DNA of 60,552 nt, filler included, from Hausera hauseri (Eukaryota): the NCBI GenBank assembly GCA_046269625.1. It is 11 parts of 11 records of this genome, joined end to end, with 100 filler letters (N's around TTAATTAATTAA, not from the genome) between each part and the next. Parts side by side here need not be neighbours in the genome. Positions count along the whole stretch, not along the records: positions 19,034 to 27,674 come from JBJURY010574338.1; positions 27,775 to 31,721 come from JBJURY010866520.1; positions 31,822 to 35,863 come from JBJURY010799755.1; positions 35,964 to 40,897 come from JBJURY010387479.1; 7 more parts are not named here. One strand, given 5' to 3'. Shown here one piece after another: positions 26,242 through 38,249 of the stretch. The position numbers and the translations under genes are program-made. The notes under the pieces were generated by a model that was not told the DNA's origin, made no database searches, and worked only from the letters and a program-made list of their open reading frames with translations. Numbering within the stretch: position 1 is the first letter of the stretch; every line of letters starts with the position of its first letter.

Positions 26242-26496
26242 TTGGATTTAGAAGGTGAAATAAAGCGAGTGACAGAAGAAATATGCAGTGGGAAAATATA
26301 TTGTATTCAATTCCTAAAGGAAATAGAGAATCAAAGTTTTTTATCAAAGGAAGACTATGTAAAACTTGTAGATCGAACAATCTGTGTAACAAATATTACG
26401 GAAAAATTTACAAGAAGACCGAGGAACGTTTTACTTGCGTGTAGTATCCTTGTGGGACCACTTGTAATATTTTTATCAAGATTTGTACATTCATAA
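26242..26496 (+). CDS. Small ORF with a C-terminal hydrophobic anchor, probable Polinton cargo (5' end broken)
   Basis: Ends NVLLACSILVGPLVIFLSRFVHS*. Convergent to PolB in the same position as the RING gene. Confidence 0.35.
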   Translation: MDLEGEIKRVTEEICSGKIYCIQFLKEIENQSFLSKEDYVKLVDRTICVTNITEKFTRRPRNVLLACSILVGPLVIFLSRFVHS

Positions 26497-26610
26497 ATGT
26501 TTATACTTAGTGGCAAATGTTAATGAATTATAATTGATATTACAAACTGAATTAAAGAAAAGAAAATAGAAGGATATAAATATTTATTGGTACAAAATAT
26601 ACAAAGAAAA

Positions 26611-27674
26611 CTAAATACAGTAGTTTCCAAATGCGACACTTTTGTTTTTGGTTATCCAGTATCTTTTGTCATTGAACGGGTCTAGTGCTTTCTTTTTAGT
26701 GCCGATCGTCATTAACTAGTGGTTTTTTGTGCCGATACACTCCTGATCAACTGATTTCCCACACCCATTTTCATGTGCCTATCGACAGTTTGTTAACTGT
26801 AAGTTTGTTTCTTTCAGATTTTATCCTTTGCATTTGAAAAGAGATCTGCTTTGAATTTTCAGTACATAACATTTTGGTCTCAAGAAAATTGTCCCTTGAT
26901 ATTCAACGCAACCTTTACTTTCATCCTTGAATTTTCCGATTACAGACGCGAAACGAGTAGAGTAAATTGGGTCTCTGCTGTCATAGTTAGAAGTATCCAA
27001 TTGTTCATTGGCAATCATTGCTAGCAAGAGCTGTGTTCTCAAATCAACACAACGACATTCAAGAAAAAAATTGTCTGTGTCACCAGCAATAATATTTAGC
27101 TCACAATTAAACTGTAGCCTATAAGACTCTAACTCTATATTATTTAGCTCATACATTCCCAACTTAGAAAGATCCAAAACAGCTTGTCCAATGTATGAGG
27201 ATCTATTTAATGTGACCACGTCTTTGTCGAGAAGAACAGCAATCAGATCATCGGCTATAATAATACTTTCTTTAAAGTGTTCCTTGTTAGCATAAGCAAT
27301 AAGCTTTTTATCATTATTACAATGTCTCACGTTTGACCTTTTCAACAGATTTTCAACTGTTTTCCCATATAAGGTGTTGTTTTTCAGATTAAAGAAGTCT
27401 TTCTCAAAAAGATTATTTGCTGCAGCCCTCTTAGCAGTGTTTAGATCAATATAATCCATAAATACATAACTTTGATCAAACTCAACAGCCCGATGTATCT
27501 TTTCAACTATTGCACCTAACTCGATGTACAATTGTAAGAGCCGATAGTGAATAAAATAATTAAATTTGCGCTCATGTGTCAGCAATAATTTCTCTACTTT
27601 GGAACCAGGAGAATGTTGGTTGATTGGGGCTAAAGGGAGTTAATTTAATTTATCATGCTTCTTTGATGGAATGC
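26611..27674 (-). pseudogene. Polinton pPolB (family A, copy 3) C-terminal part
   Basis: LKNNTLYGKTVEN, YIGQAVLDLSKL, AGDTDNF, GKFKDE, LRPKCY, DKRYW..AFGNY. Confidence 0.92.
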
Positions 27675-27774
27675 NNNNNNNNNNNNNNNNNNNNNNNNNN
27701 NNNNNNNNNNNNNNNNNNTTAATTAATTAANNNNNNNNNNNNNNNNNNNNNNNNNNNNNNNNNNNNNNNNNNNN
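27675..27774. other. Artificial contig linker
   Basis: N44-TTAATTAATTAA-N44. Confidence 0.98.
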
Positions 27775-29164
27775 TTAAACTCAATCGCAGGTTTCTTTAT
27801 CTTCAATTTATTCCCCTCTCACCATCAATTTTTTCAAGCTTCAAAATAGTGTAATTTTACGAACACACAACTACAACGGGAAAAAACAACTTTAATCTTG
27901 GTTTTCAATTCAATCGTTCTAACCTTCTCAAGCATACAACCAATACCCCCACCTGTGCCCCAAGTCGACACTCGTAGTGCCAGAAGAACAAGAACAAAAA
28001 CCAACAGTATTATTAAAATTACTTCTATCCGAAATTATAGAAACGTTATTCGATCTACTTCCAGTTTCAAAGTTCTCATAGAAATGACAAGAATAATACC
28101 AACATTTTACATAAAAGTCATCAACCCAAATTTCTGATCCTTTCAAACTATCTGATAAATGCTGATAATTAAATGGCGAATTTTGCAATAGCTGACTAAT
28201 AACGTTTCGTTAATATTGTCCATGAGACTGAAATTTGAACTTGGTTCGATGAAATTTTTACAACCGATTGTAAATAATAGATGAGTTGTAATTAATTTTG
28301 CAAACGACATGTTACAACAGAAACAGATTTTATTACATCCTTCACTCTGTTTGGTACATTTCAACAGATCGTAACACAGAATGAAAAAAATTCGATGAAA
28401 ATTTACTCGGAGTAAGGCAGAATTGATTACCTGAATTCCTGTAATTTCGCAAAATTTCATTTACCTCTAACATTGATTGCATTCGCGGTGAAAATTTTAA
28501 AGTGATTTAACTTTGGAAACAACTCAGAACTGTTTCCATTAGACGTAATCTTTTGACAAAACAATTTTTCATTTTTCCAGAACTGAAGACATTGCTGTGA
28601 CAGCTTCAGATGATTCCACGGCCAAAGTGTTTTCTTTAAAACATGAGTCAAGTTAGTGCCAGAGAAGGAAACTGTTAATAAATTATTGCAAACACTTGGT
28701 GTATCATGTTGAATGTTTCCTGGTACTATTTCTTGTAATGAATATCTAACAGTTTGGCAGTGATGAATATGTTAACTTGGCATTAATTATGATTACGCGA
28801 GTTTAGTTTAGTCAGAAGGAAGACCTGTCAATGTCAAGGGGAAGAGTCAGTCAGAGTTATGTTTTTGCACTTACCACAAGTATGAGTGGACTTATAGTAT
28901 CCTGGAAATCGCGGAAGCCAGTACTGTACTGTTACTATAGCTTTAAATTGGCTATGGATGTTGTAACCAAGTATCCATACGACCATACTGTTAGTTAGTT
29001 AGTTAGTCGTCAGGTCATCATCATTACACACTGGACAAGTCCATAGGTGCTCCGATTTCATCCTCAGTATATCCGCCAGCACGTAACGACTGATAGTTCC
29101 GGTTCTGTGTTGGTTAACAAAGCGTCTCCTATTCCCACGTAGACGTTCATAATAAAGCACACTT

Positions 29165-29660
29165 TAAGGGATGAAACAAAATATGGAATTGTTTAACATA
29201 CAGGACACAGACAAACTCAGTGTGCACAAATCAAATGTTCGCACAGTTCTCCTGTATGGATCTGAGACATAGACAACAAACACTAAAACAGATAGCAGAC
29301 TAAGAAGCTTTGAGGGTAGATGTCTAAGAAGAATCCTTAGAACAGAATGGGAACAAAAAGTGTCAAATGTAGAAATAGTACAGTGCACTGTCATCACACA
29401 TATTAATGATGAAATCAAGAAAAGTAGAATGAAAATGGTTAGGCCATGTACCGAGGATGCAAAAAAGCAGACACCCGTGGATATCCCTAACATAGAATCC
29501 AGCAGGAAAGACAGCAAAGGAGTGACGCAATGAGACCTGGAGACAAACTACAGATAAAGACTAAGACCCGGATTGAACTAAGCTGGCTTGCCCTGGACAG
29601 ATTTGGTTGGGAAAAGTTCATTGATGCCTAATGTTTCAAGTGGATCTTGAAGAAGACACA
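29165..29660 (+). mobile_element. RTE-clade LINE 3' remnant
   Basis: KSNVRTVLLYGSET*...FEGRCLRRILRTEWEQKVSNVE, a typical RTE RT C-terminus. Confidence 0.75.
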
Positions 29661-31274
29661 GAAAAGTACAAACAGTTGAAACAAGATGCTGGTATCATGC
29701 ACAGGCCATGTCACAAATGCTGAAGTGTGGACAATGATGAGGAAAAACATAGGGCCATATTATGGCCAGCAATGACATCATACACGTTACAATGGTTTGG
29801 TTTTGTGTCAAGCGCAAACAATAGATCTTAATCTATGGTTAGACATTATCCTTAATGGGACGTCATCATCATCGTGTGGTATGTCCTTTCCAGAATGTCG
29901 TTATCACTACCAGGGCAGAAGAGTCGGAGTTTAAGGGTCGAAGATTTAGGAATCTTCGGGGCTTCAGGTGCAAGTTGTCAGCGAAAGGTTTTGATTCCCA
30001 CTGCTCTTAAAAATAAACTAAAAACATTATGAATAATACAACTTGTTAAAATGTCCTCTTTCACAATTAATATTTGCTTAACATCTTTTAAATGCATGCT
30101 TTAATTGCAAGAATGTATTTTGATTTCAAGTTCTCGGTCAGTTTCAAGGTATTTCGTTATACTCGTATATAGACTCGTTAGGAACTGACAGAGTTCTGCT
30201 GGCATCCGTGAACAATCCTGCTAATTAATCATATCCTTATAGTATACGATAACAGGTTCAAATGTAATTTAAAAAGTCTAGACCACTGAAAACAGCTGCA
30301 GCGTGGTCTGGACGATAGAAGGGTCGGGCAATAAACGGCCGTGCACCGCAAAGACCGGATTCTTTCAAGGACGTTCGTTAACTTGGCCTAGCTTCACTAG
30401 AACAGCACATCATTGCCGTGTCCCAGCGCAGTCTCCATATCGGTGTGCTACTGGAATTAGTATTAAAACACCATAAATATTCCCATAATACATGCCCCGC
30501 TTCTTGTATCATCACCATCCGAAAGGTTTCCGCGCTTTATGTCCCAGTACTCACTGACTGTAGGCTGTTTTGAGTGTTCCTACAAATATAATGCTTACCG
30601 TAACCCCTACTCACATATATTGCCTTCATTCTCCTTAAACATAATGATAATGCATTATGCTGTTGTCAGTCAGTCCATTTGACAAGGCCTGTCAGTGGCG
30701 TGTCCGGGACATAGCAAGAATTACACCTCCTAATCAATGAATCATTAGAACTCCCTGAGTCCCCTTCGACCGGTCTAGTATTTTAAAGCCATTACTGTTG
30801 TAATTAAAGTAACATGAATTTAGTACTAGTATAATCAAATGTATTTAAAATCGTCTGGTTTTAATTTATAAATATTCTTCCATAACATTATTTAAATCTC
30901 CATTGATTCTTAACTAAAATCCAGAACCACAACATAACAATTCCATAAACTCTCCGTTCTTCGTTCCTTCACCCATCAGATAGTATACATTAGAGATGGG
31001 ATATTCAAATCCTAGAATCCTCGAATCTCTGAAATAGTGGGGGGAAAAAAATACCAATAAACGTTTAAACTCAAAACTTTAGAAATACAAGATGTGTTGA
31101 CGTCCAATAGAAGCGTGCATTCTAATAAAGAACGCGATAGTTGCAAAATAGCGGTACCTGGGTCATCAATATCATCGAACGGCGAGACCGAGTGGCACAC
31201 TGTTTCAGTATGCCATCTAGCCAAATATGCTAATGATCAATGCGATACTACATCTCCTAAATTCTCATTCTCAC

Positions 31275-31721
31275 CAGGGCTGCGGAGTTGGAGTCAGAGC
31301 ATTATTGGGTTTGCCAGATTCGGAGTCAGGCCATTATTGGGTTTGTCGGAGTCAGAGCATTATTGGGTTTGCCGGAGTCGCAGCCAGAGCATTATTGGGT
31401 TTGCCGGAATCAGAGTCTGAGCATTATTGGGTTTGCCAGATTCGGAGTCAGGCCATTATTGGGTTTGTCGGAGTCAGAGCATTATTGGTTTTGCCGGAGC
31501 TGGAGTCAGAGCATTATTGGGTTTGCTGGAGTCGGAGCCAGAGCATTATTGGGTTTGCCGGAATCAGAGTTCGAGCATTATTGGGTTTGCCGGAATCAGA
31601 GTCTGAGCATTATTGAGTTTGCCAGAGTCGCAGTCAGAGCATTATTGGGTTTGCCGGAGTTGGAGTCAGAGCAATATTGGATTTGCCAGAGCTGGAGTCA
31701 GAGCATTATTGGTTTTGCCAG
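31275..31721 (+). repeat. Minisatellite (14 units of CATTATTGGGTTTGCCGGAGTCGGAGTCAGAG-like 32 bp; two are 26-bp variants, the last is partial) inside a probable non-autonomous DNA transposon end
   Basis: Units were read directly. The array is preceded by CAGGGCTGCGGAGTTGGAGTC and runs into the gap. Confidence 0.9.
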
Positions 31722-31821
31722 NNNNNNNNNNNNNNNNNNNNNNNNNNNNNNNNNNNNNNNNNNNNTTAATTAATTAANNNNNNNNNNNNNNNNNNNNNNN
31801 NNNNNNNNNNNNNNNNNNNNN
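31722..31821. other. Artificial contig linker
   Basis: N44-TTAATTAATTAA-N44. Confidence 0.98.
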
Positions 31822-31887
31822 GCACATGTGTGCTCACATGTCCCTTTACATGCTGACCCTGTTCTAGACAACGCGTAACCCACTACT
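31822..31887 (-). repeat. Polinton-like terminus (second family), same repeat as at 4761
   Basis: Minus strand reads AGTAGTGGGTTACGCGTTGTCTAGAACAGGGTCAG. Confidence 0.5.
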
Positions 31888-31958
31888 GACAAAGTATCAT
31901 CAAGTTTGATTCTTTTGACTGCTTCTAAAATAATATAATATTAACAAAGGAACATTAA

Positions 31959-33500
31959 TCAAACTTTTCGGTGTTGATGTTGCTGTTGGATCTTTTGTGT
32001 TAATTGGGGAAAACTTTCAAGAATAGTTTCATCAAGTGACACCACATCACGCATGCATGATTTTGATGTTTGCACAACTTCATGGTACAATAGTAAATTA
32101 GTCGATGAATGAAACATAGTGCTACCAGGATGAGTATACAAAACACTATTATTCGAGTAACTGTGTATATCCCCTGGGATCTTACAAATATGCGTATAGA
32201 ATCCTTCAATGAATGCCTTTTTTATATTATTACTATCCGAACTACTCGATTCAAGTGTGAAACCTTTTCGTTTCATTATACTAGTCAATTGAGTTTTAGC
32301 CAAATCAATTTTCGCCATAGTTTGGTAATTGATGAAATTTATTTTGCATCAACTCTCACTTCTATAGTTCCTCTCCCAATCTCTATGAACATTCAGCAAT
32401 GTGAAATGGTCTCCATTCATATCAAAGAATTTTCATTTCTGTTGATCTGACTGCTTGGCTTTTTTCGTGGTCGAACAAAGACATTACGTTCAGTGAGCAT
32501 TGGTAGGATAGTAAAGATATCTGCTGAACAGTTATATTTGACTGATGCTAACAACACTTCCTATGACTGGCTCTACGGGAAAATCGGCCATATCTTTGCC
32601 AATGTCTGTGATATGACCTCTAGAGTCAAGAAGATCAAGATCAATAAGTTCCTGTCTGCAATTTAATAGAGTACCCGATTCTGGTTTGTCGATAAAATCA
32701 AATGTGATGGAATTTTCTTCCATTGCAGCCAAATTCAAATAGGTTTCGGATAAACTTCGACGACAAATCTCGGGTTTTGTATCTTTTTCAAATTTGTCGT
32801 AATTTGTTCTATCGTATAATCGGTAACACCAACCACTATTCGTTCGACCCGCTCTACCTTTTCTTTGATCTGTCTGTGCCTTTGATACTCTCACATTTAC
32901 TAGTAGATCAACTCTCAGTCTCGAATCAAAATTGCTTTGTTTAACGTAACCACAATCAATAGCGAAACAAACTCCATTAACAGTGATGCTAGTTTCTGCG
33001 ATATTCGTAGCAATTATGGCTTTTCGACGAGGTGGTAATATACTACTAAATATCCTTTGTTGTGCATCATACTCCATGGCTCCGTACAGTGGAAAAACAA
33101 CAAGATTTTGAATCAGCTCGAGCTTTTCACAGCAAGTCTCTATTTCATCCTGTCCAGTAAGGAATACTAATATGTCTCCTGTGTCACGTCCATCGTGAAT
33201 TTGTCTGACTATCTAGACCGCTTGTATTGTGTAATTTGTAGAATGCGATGGTTCGTATATTTCCTGAACATTGAACATTATCCCACTGAACTTTATCACT
33301 GGGGCCGAGTGGAAATATTCCGAAAATTTCTCCGTTTTGATCGTTGCTGAGGATATAATAATTTTTAGGTCATCACGACCTTTTCCAATACGTTTTACTA
33401 AACCCAGCAATACATCGGTTTCAACACATCTTTCGTGAGCCTCGTCAATCATAATTACTCCGTAGTTTTGTAGACGGACAATTGGTTGATATAGTTGTGT
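31959..33500 (-). pseudogene. DEAH-box RNA helicase (PRP22/DHX8-DHX15 group), intronless, 5'-truncated, disrupted
   Basis: IMIDEAHER, IISSAT, GDILVFLTGQDEIE, ATNIAETSIT, QRKGRAGR, HA2 and OB-fold remnants (HPGSTMF..LLYHEVVQTSK). Contains stops and frameshifts. Confidence 0.85.
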
Positions 33501-34952
33501 TACTTCGTTTGTTATTGCACGTTGTAACATTCATTGAATCATGATTGAGTCAGGTTAGATCTTTGATGATTAAATCTAGGCTGCAACTGTGGAACTTCTT
33601 CAACGAAACGATTGGAATTCAGTTTTTCGTATCTATCAACTTCGATTCCCGATTCTGTCGACGACAAACTAGGTATTTTTTGTCTCAGGAATCGGAAATG
33701 TTTGATTTGAAGTGGGTAATTTTCAGTTGATGTCGTTTTGAGGTAGAAAATCGAGGCCCGCCTATGGGCCCTACGCGGCGGCGGCGGACGCTTGGCCGTG
33801 CCCAACCATATGGGTCAAAGGGCGCCGGCCGCTGCGGGCACCACGATTGTATTGCATATGTCTTGTCAACGTGTTGCATTTATTTTAATGCATTAATTGC
33901 ATAAAATTGTTATGCCCGCAAAATTTGATTCATCATCTTTAAATTCACAGTGAAACAACATGTACATACCTGAATTTGTCGATTTTCGTGTATTGAATTA
34001 TTCGAATATTCAACTTGTTAACCGATATTCGAACTTGTGACGTCAACGCTTAAAGATTTATCGATTTTTGTATCCTTTTCCTTCAAATTCACGGCTAATT
34101 AATACACACAAACAAGTGCCGTGGAATTATATATAGATTGTTTAATGGACAGTGATGCACTACACCACACCAAGTTCAGAATTTTATTAAGGTTTTCATA
34201 TATGCTGAATATAATAAAGTGGTCAAGTGATTCGAATAATTTACGCTTGATCGATTTTTCGAGTTCAAATAGATAATTAATCGATTTCAAATAATGCATT
34301 TGAATATCTGGCATCGGATGCTCATTCTACATATATGATTTCCTATAGATGTACGCTATTAAATTTATCGATTTCAGTGTGCTTCACCTTCAATTTCACA
34401 CTTTAAGATTACACAATTAATTAAAACAAAACATTACGTACGACCATTGCTTTCGGGGTGTCCTTCCCCAGGGACTCCGCCCACCTTTTATCATTTGGGC
34501 CAAGTAACACTTAAGGAATTTATCAGACATACAAACATACGCACAGTTAATACGGCCTTCATCAACGATTGAAAAAATAACAAAATAACAACTATATTTG
34601 AATGTACTTTTACGTATATCACAAGCTCGAATATGTGCTCAATGATCGACAGATGGTGATAAAACTGTTCATTTTCTCATTGTTTCTCGGATTCCACTTC
34701 AGTATATGTGGTTTACAGCCTTTGCTTCACAGTGTTTCTTTTCTGATAATATCTCCGAAATTGTGGCTTGGTAAGGTGGGCAAACAAGAATTAAACTTTT
34801 CCATTATGTAGTATTTTTAAAATGAAACCTCAATTCATATTGTAAAATAATGTATTCTCCAGAAAGAAATTGTTACAAAGGTTAAATATTTCAAAAGGAA
34901 TTATAATCTATTCCTTTTTGTCATGGGCATCAATATCACTGTATAGTGATTA

Positions 34953-35863
34953 CAGGGTGGCCGAAAAGTTCTTGCGGTTTTTTGTTACGTATCACAATTT
35001 TTTTAAATTATATCACTTATTTTTTCTTTTATTTTGTTCCTCTTGACCTCCGCTTCATTATATTGTTAATGTCTTATCTTGATTTTCAGTTTTTCAAATG
35101 TCCGACAAGAGAGAAGCAATAGTAACACTGTGTAAATCTGAAAGAAAAAAGTCAGAGATTTCGCGAATGCTCAATGTGCCCAAATCGACAGTTCGCCACG
35201 ACATCAAACGATTTCAAGAAATTGGCAATAATGAGGACCGTCCTCGAAGAAGTCACCAGAGCACTGTGAACACTACAGTCCACCACAGAAAGATTAAAAA
35301 TATCGGCGACCAGAACCCGTACACCAGAATAGGCACTTCTCAAAAAACTCGCTCTGAGGCTCGGAATTGCTCGATCATCAGTCCAAAAGATTCTCAAAAA
35401 GATACGTGAACAAAAAGCGTACAAGAAATGATAATCTCAGATTTTTACAGAGCAGATAAGAGCCACAAGAGTCACGATATATAAAAGGCTGAAACGCCGA
35501 TTTGCAAAAGGCCGCCATCAGAGGATCCTTTTATAAAATGAGATGTTCACCGAGACGAATACCAGATGGGTTTTGGCACTGCGTACGATTCCGCCCAGAC
35601 CGTATTTCTTTTGGCTTTTAGATCCGTTCCATAGTTATGCCTTGTAGAGGATGTGTTGGAGCCCAAAGTCTGTAATTTTGGCAGTTGTGGATTTGCTCAA
35701 CAGTGAAAATCTTCTCATCCTAAGAAAGGACCTTCTGATGGCGTCCATTCCCGAATCGACGTTTTAGCCTTTTATATATCGTGACTCTTATGGCTCTTAT
35801 CTGCTCTGTAAGAATCTGAGATTATCGTTTCTTGTACGCTTTTTGTTTACGCATCTTCTTGAG
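34953..35863 (+). mobile_element. Tc1/mariner-superfamily (maT/DD37D-like) element with an internal inverted duplication
   Basis: TA-CAGGGTGGCCG terminus. HTH REAIVTL..SEISRMLNVPKSTV..IKRFQE..EDRPR. The inverted arm encodes DEKIFTVEQIHNCQNYRLWA. Confidence 0.75.
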
Positions 35864-35963
35864 NNNNNNNNNNNNNNNNNNNNNNNNNNNNNNNNNNNNN
35901 NNNNNNNTTAATTAATTAANNNNNNNNNNNNNNNNNNNNNNNNNNNNNNNNNNNNNNNNNNNN
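35864..35963. other. Artificial contig linker
   Basis: N44-TTAATTAATTAA-N44. Confidence 0.98.
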
Positions 35964-38000
35964 GGCCGCTAAATCGGACTTCAACAGAAAAGTAGGACTA
36001 TTTATATTAGTCTTAATAAGGCTTTTATTCACATTGTTTGATAGATTTTTTAATAATGATTTTATGGTTGACATAAGCTGCATTATATATTAGTTATTCG
36101 TAAAGATAGGTTTTGTTGAACTGCTTTTAATGATCCGACGTTGTCTACAATCAACAAGTAGGTTGTAGAAAGATAAGAAATTAAATCTAAGTATTGGAGA
36201 TTGTGTGTCGGCAACGATGAACGTCCAATTGAAAATGTCGGAGAATGGTGGTAAAGTAAATGAAACCTTGACGTGCTGAAAATGCGTAAAGCTTGGCCGT
36301 TAGCTGCGTATAATTTAGTGTTAGACGGTGAGATAGATAATGTTTTGATAGATGGTGGTAACAAAGAAAAGGCAGCGCCGGAGTCAGTTAGAAAGTTGAT
36401 GGTTTGATTAGCTTCGGAAGTTAAAGAAACTTTTAGTGTAGAAACGGCATATGTACGGCTATTAGATTGGAAACGTTTGCCTGTTCCAGTATGTGCCGAA
36501 GCATCTGGCGGTTTTATAAGTTTTTTGGAGGCACAGGACTTATATCGTTGGAAAATGTAGGTCGTGATGAATTATATCGGTTAACAAAAGTGCAACCAGT
36601 AACGCAACTATGTGCTTTAGAATTACATTTGTTATGCTAGATGCAGATTATGTCGGGTCGTTTGAAATGAGGAGCATAAAATCTGCAACCTAAACAGCAT
36701 ATAGTGGGGTTGTCTTTAAATGTGGTGTGGTAATAGCACACCATTGATCGTGTAGGTGATCTAGAGGATTTAGAATTCTTTGATGAAGCGCGACTGTGAT
36801 TAGGCGTAAATCATTCTCGTCTCGGCATGGATAAATTGTCCAGTTTAGATGTTAAAGCAGAAATGGCTTGGTGTATTGCCGTGTTTTCAGCTCGGAGGAC
36901 GTCTATTTGATTATTCAGCGCTAATATTTCAGCATTGGGTGTTGTTATAGGCGGTTGTAATGTGGCTGCAACAATAGGAGTGTGTGTATTTAGTATTTCG
37001 TAGCTTTTATTAGCCAGTTGTGCTAACTTTTCTAACGTAGCGGTATCTTCAATTACTGTTAGTAAAGCGCGTATTTCTTTCGGTAATGATGGAAGAAAAT
37101 ATCTGCGCAATAAGCCGGCATTGCTGGTTTGGTTTACTCCTAACTTGCTTAATTGGTTCAAGGATGTTTGTAAGAATTCTGCAGGTTTCTGGTTTCTTAT
37201 TGAATTATCGCTGAAATATTTTTGGATGATATTATCCAAAGAAGGCTCAGTTAGTTTTAGGATTGCATTAAATAGCGTCTCGTATGGATCTACGGTTTGG
37301 AAGATTTTGGAAAGATTTAGAAGCAGTTACTTAAAGTTGTCTGGTAAAAGTATTAATAGGCCATTGGCTTTGAAAAAAGGGTCAGTGATCTTATTCGATT
37401 TTAACCACTGCGCATGGAATTCTAGCCATGTACGACTGGAGTGTTGTTTATCTGTAAAATAGTCGATACAAGGGAAATTGACCGAAGAGGGTGCTGCAGG
37501 TGGGACTAAAAGAGACTGCTTTAACGGAACATGTATGGTGGGAATGTCAATAAAATCTTGTTGGTTCTGAGAAGATGCTTTTGGGTCAGATCCGCCTAGT
37601 AAACAGTAATGTGCAGTTAGTATAAGCGTCAAAGATGAGCGTGTATAGTTGGTGATAATATCGGATTGCTGCAAAAAGAATCCGTTAAAGCTGAGACGGA
37701 AATTAGTCGGTAATGCTTCTCGTTGTAGAGCCCCGAACAAATGTGCGATGGTTGCTGTTTGATGTATATATTATGTGTATGTGCGTTTATCTCCAAGTGA
37801 AAGAGTTAAAAAATAAAGTTTTCAGATATGTCGGGTGTGTAGCGTGGTGCGTAAAAAACGGGCTTGCCCAAAGTATCCGAGTTGTAATGGCTTGTCTTTC
37901 TGACCGGGCAGATCACTGATTTGTGCTGCAATGGTTTATTATTGGCATTGCGACAAAACTGGAGAAATTTCGGATTATTGTCAAACTATGCGGTAACCAA
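35964..38000 (-). mobile_element. Gypsy LTR retrotransposon 5' part: ubiquitin-like domain, gag, protease
   Basis: Gag motifs DPYE.L, QKPAEFL, RYFLPSLP.EIR..LEKLA; two CxxH..C..GCxF knuckles; A AAA AAC slippery site; FLTDSGAAFSLLP..LYAANG protease. Homologous to 47866-50845. Confidence 0.85.
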
Positions 38001-38002
38001 TT

Positions 38003-38249
38003 CTTCGGGTAAGCTTTTATATGTTAACGATTTAGAACATTCATTAATATATGTATAACAGAAATATGACAGATTCACTGACTGAGAGTTGAGATTTGGT
38101 GTGTATGTGTATGTCTGTTTTGGACGAAAAGATAGATAGAGAAAAAGACATGTTTATTTTGTAAGAAAAGAGAAATGGAGAAGGTATGTGCCATTTCAGA
38201 GGTATAGCGTGCCACCAGGGACACGACCGCGCCCAAAATCCCTGTCTCA
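38003..38249 (-). repeat. Possible 5' LTR of the Ubl-gag Gypsy element
   Basis: Non-coding segment between a TGGTTACC PBS-like motif (about 37992-37999) and the interrupted host exon. Contains AATAAA. Boundaries uncertain. Confidence 0.3.

Noticed and set aside
13444-27674. Alternative genetic code (TAG/TAA = Gln) explaining in-frame stops
   Set aside because: Stops also replace Trp (TGG>TAG/TGA) and other codons, and frameshifts are common. This is ordinary pseudogene decay.
27775-28700. Broken minus-strand coding-like region
   Set aside because: No recognisable motif, and the frames cannot be joined with confidence.
31300-31721. CRISPR-like array or repeat protein ORFs
   Set aside because: The 'spacers' are variants of one GGAGTC hexamer rather than unique sequences. 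There are no cas genes and the context is eukaryotic. The ORFs are by-products of a stop-free repeat.
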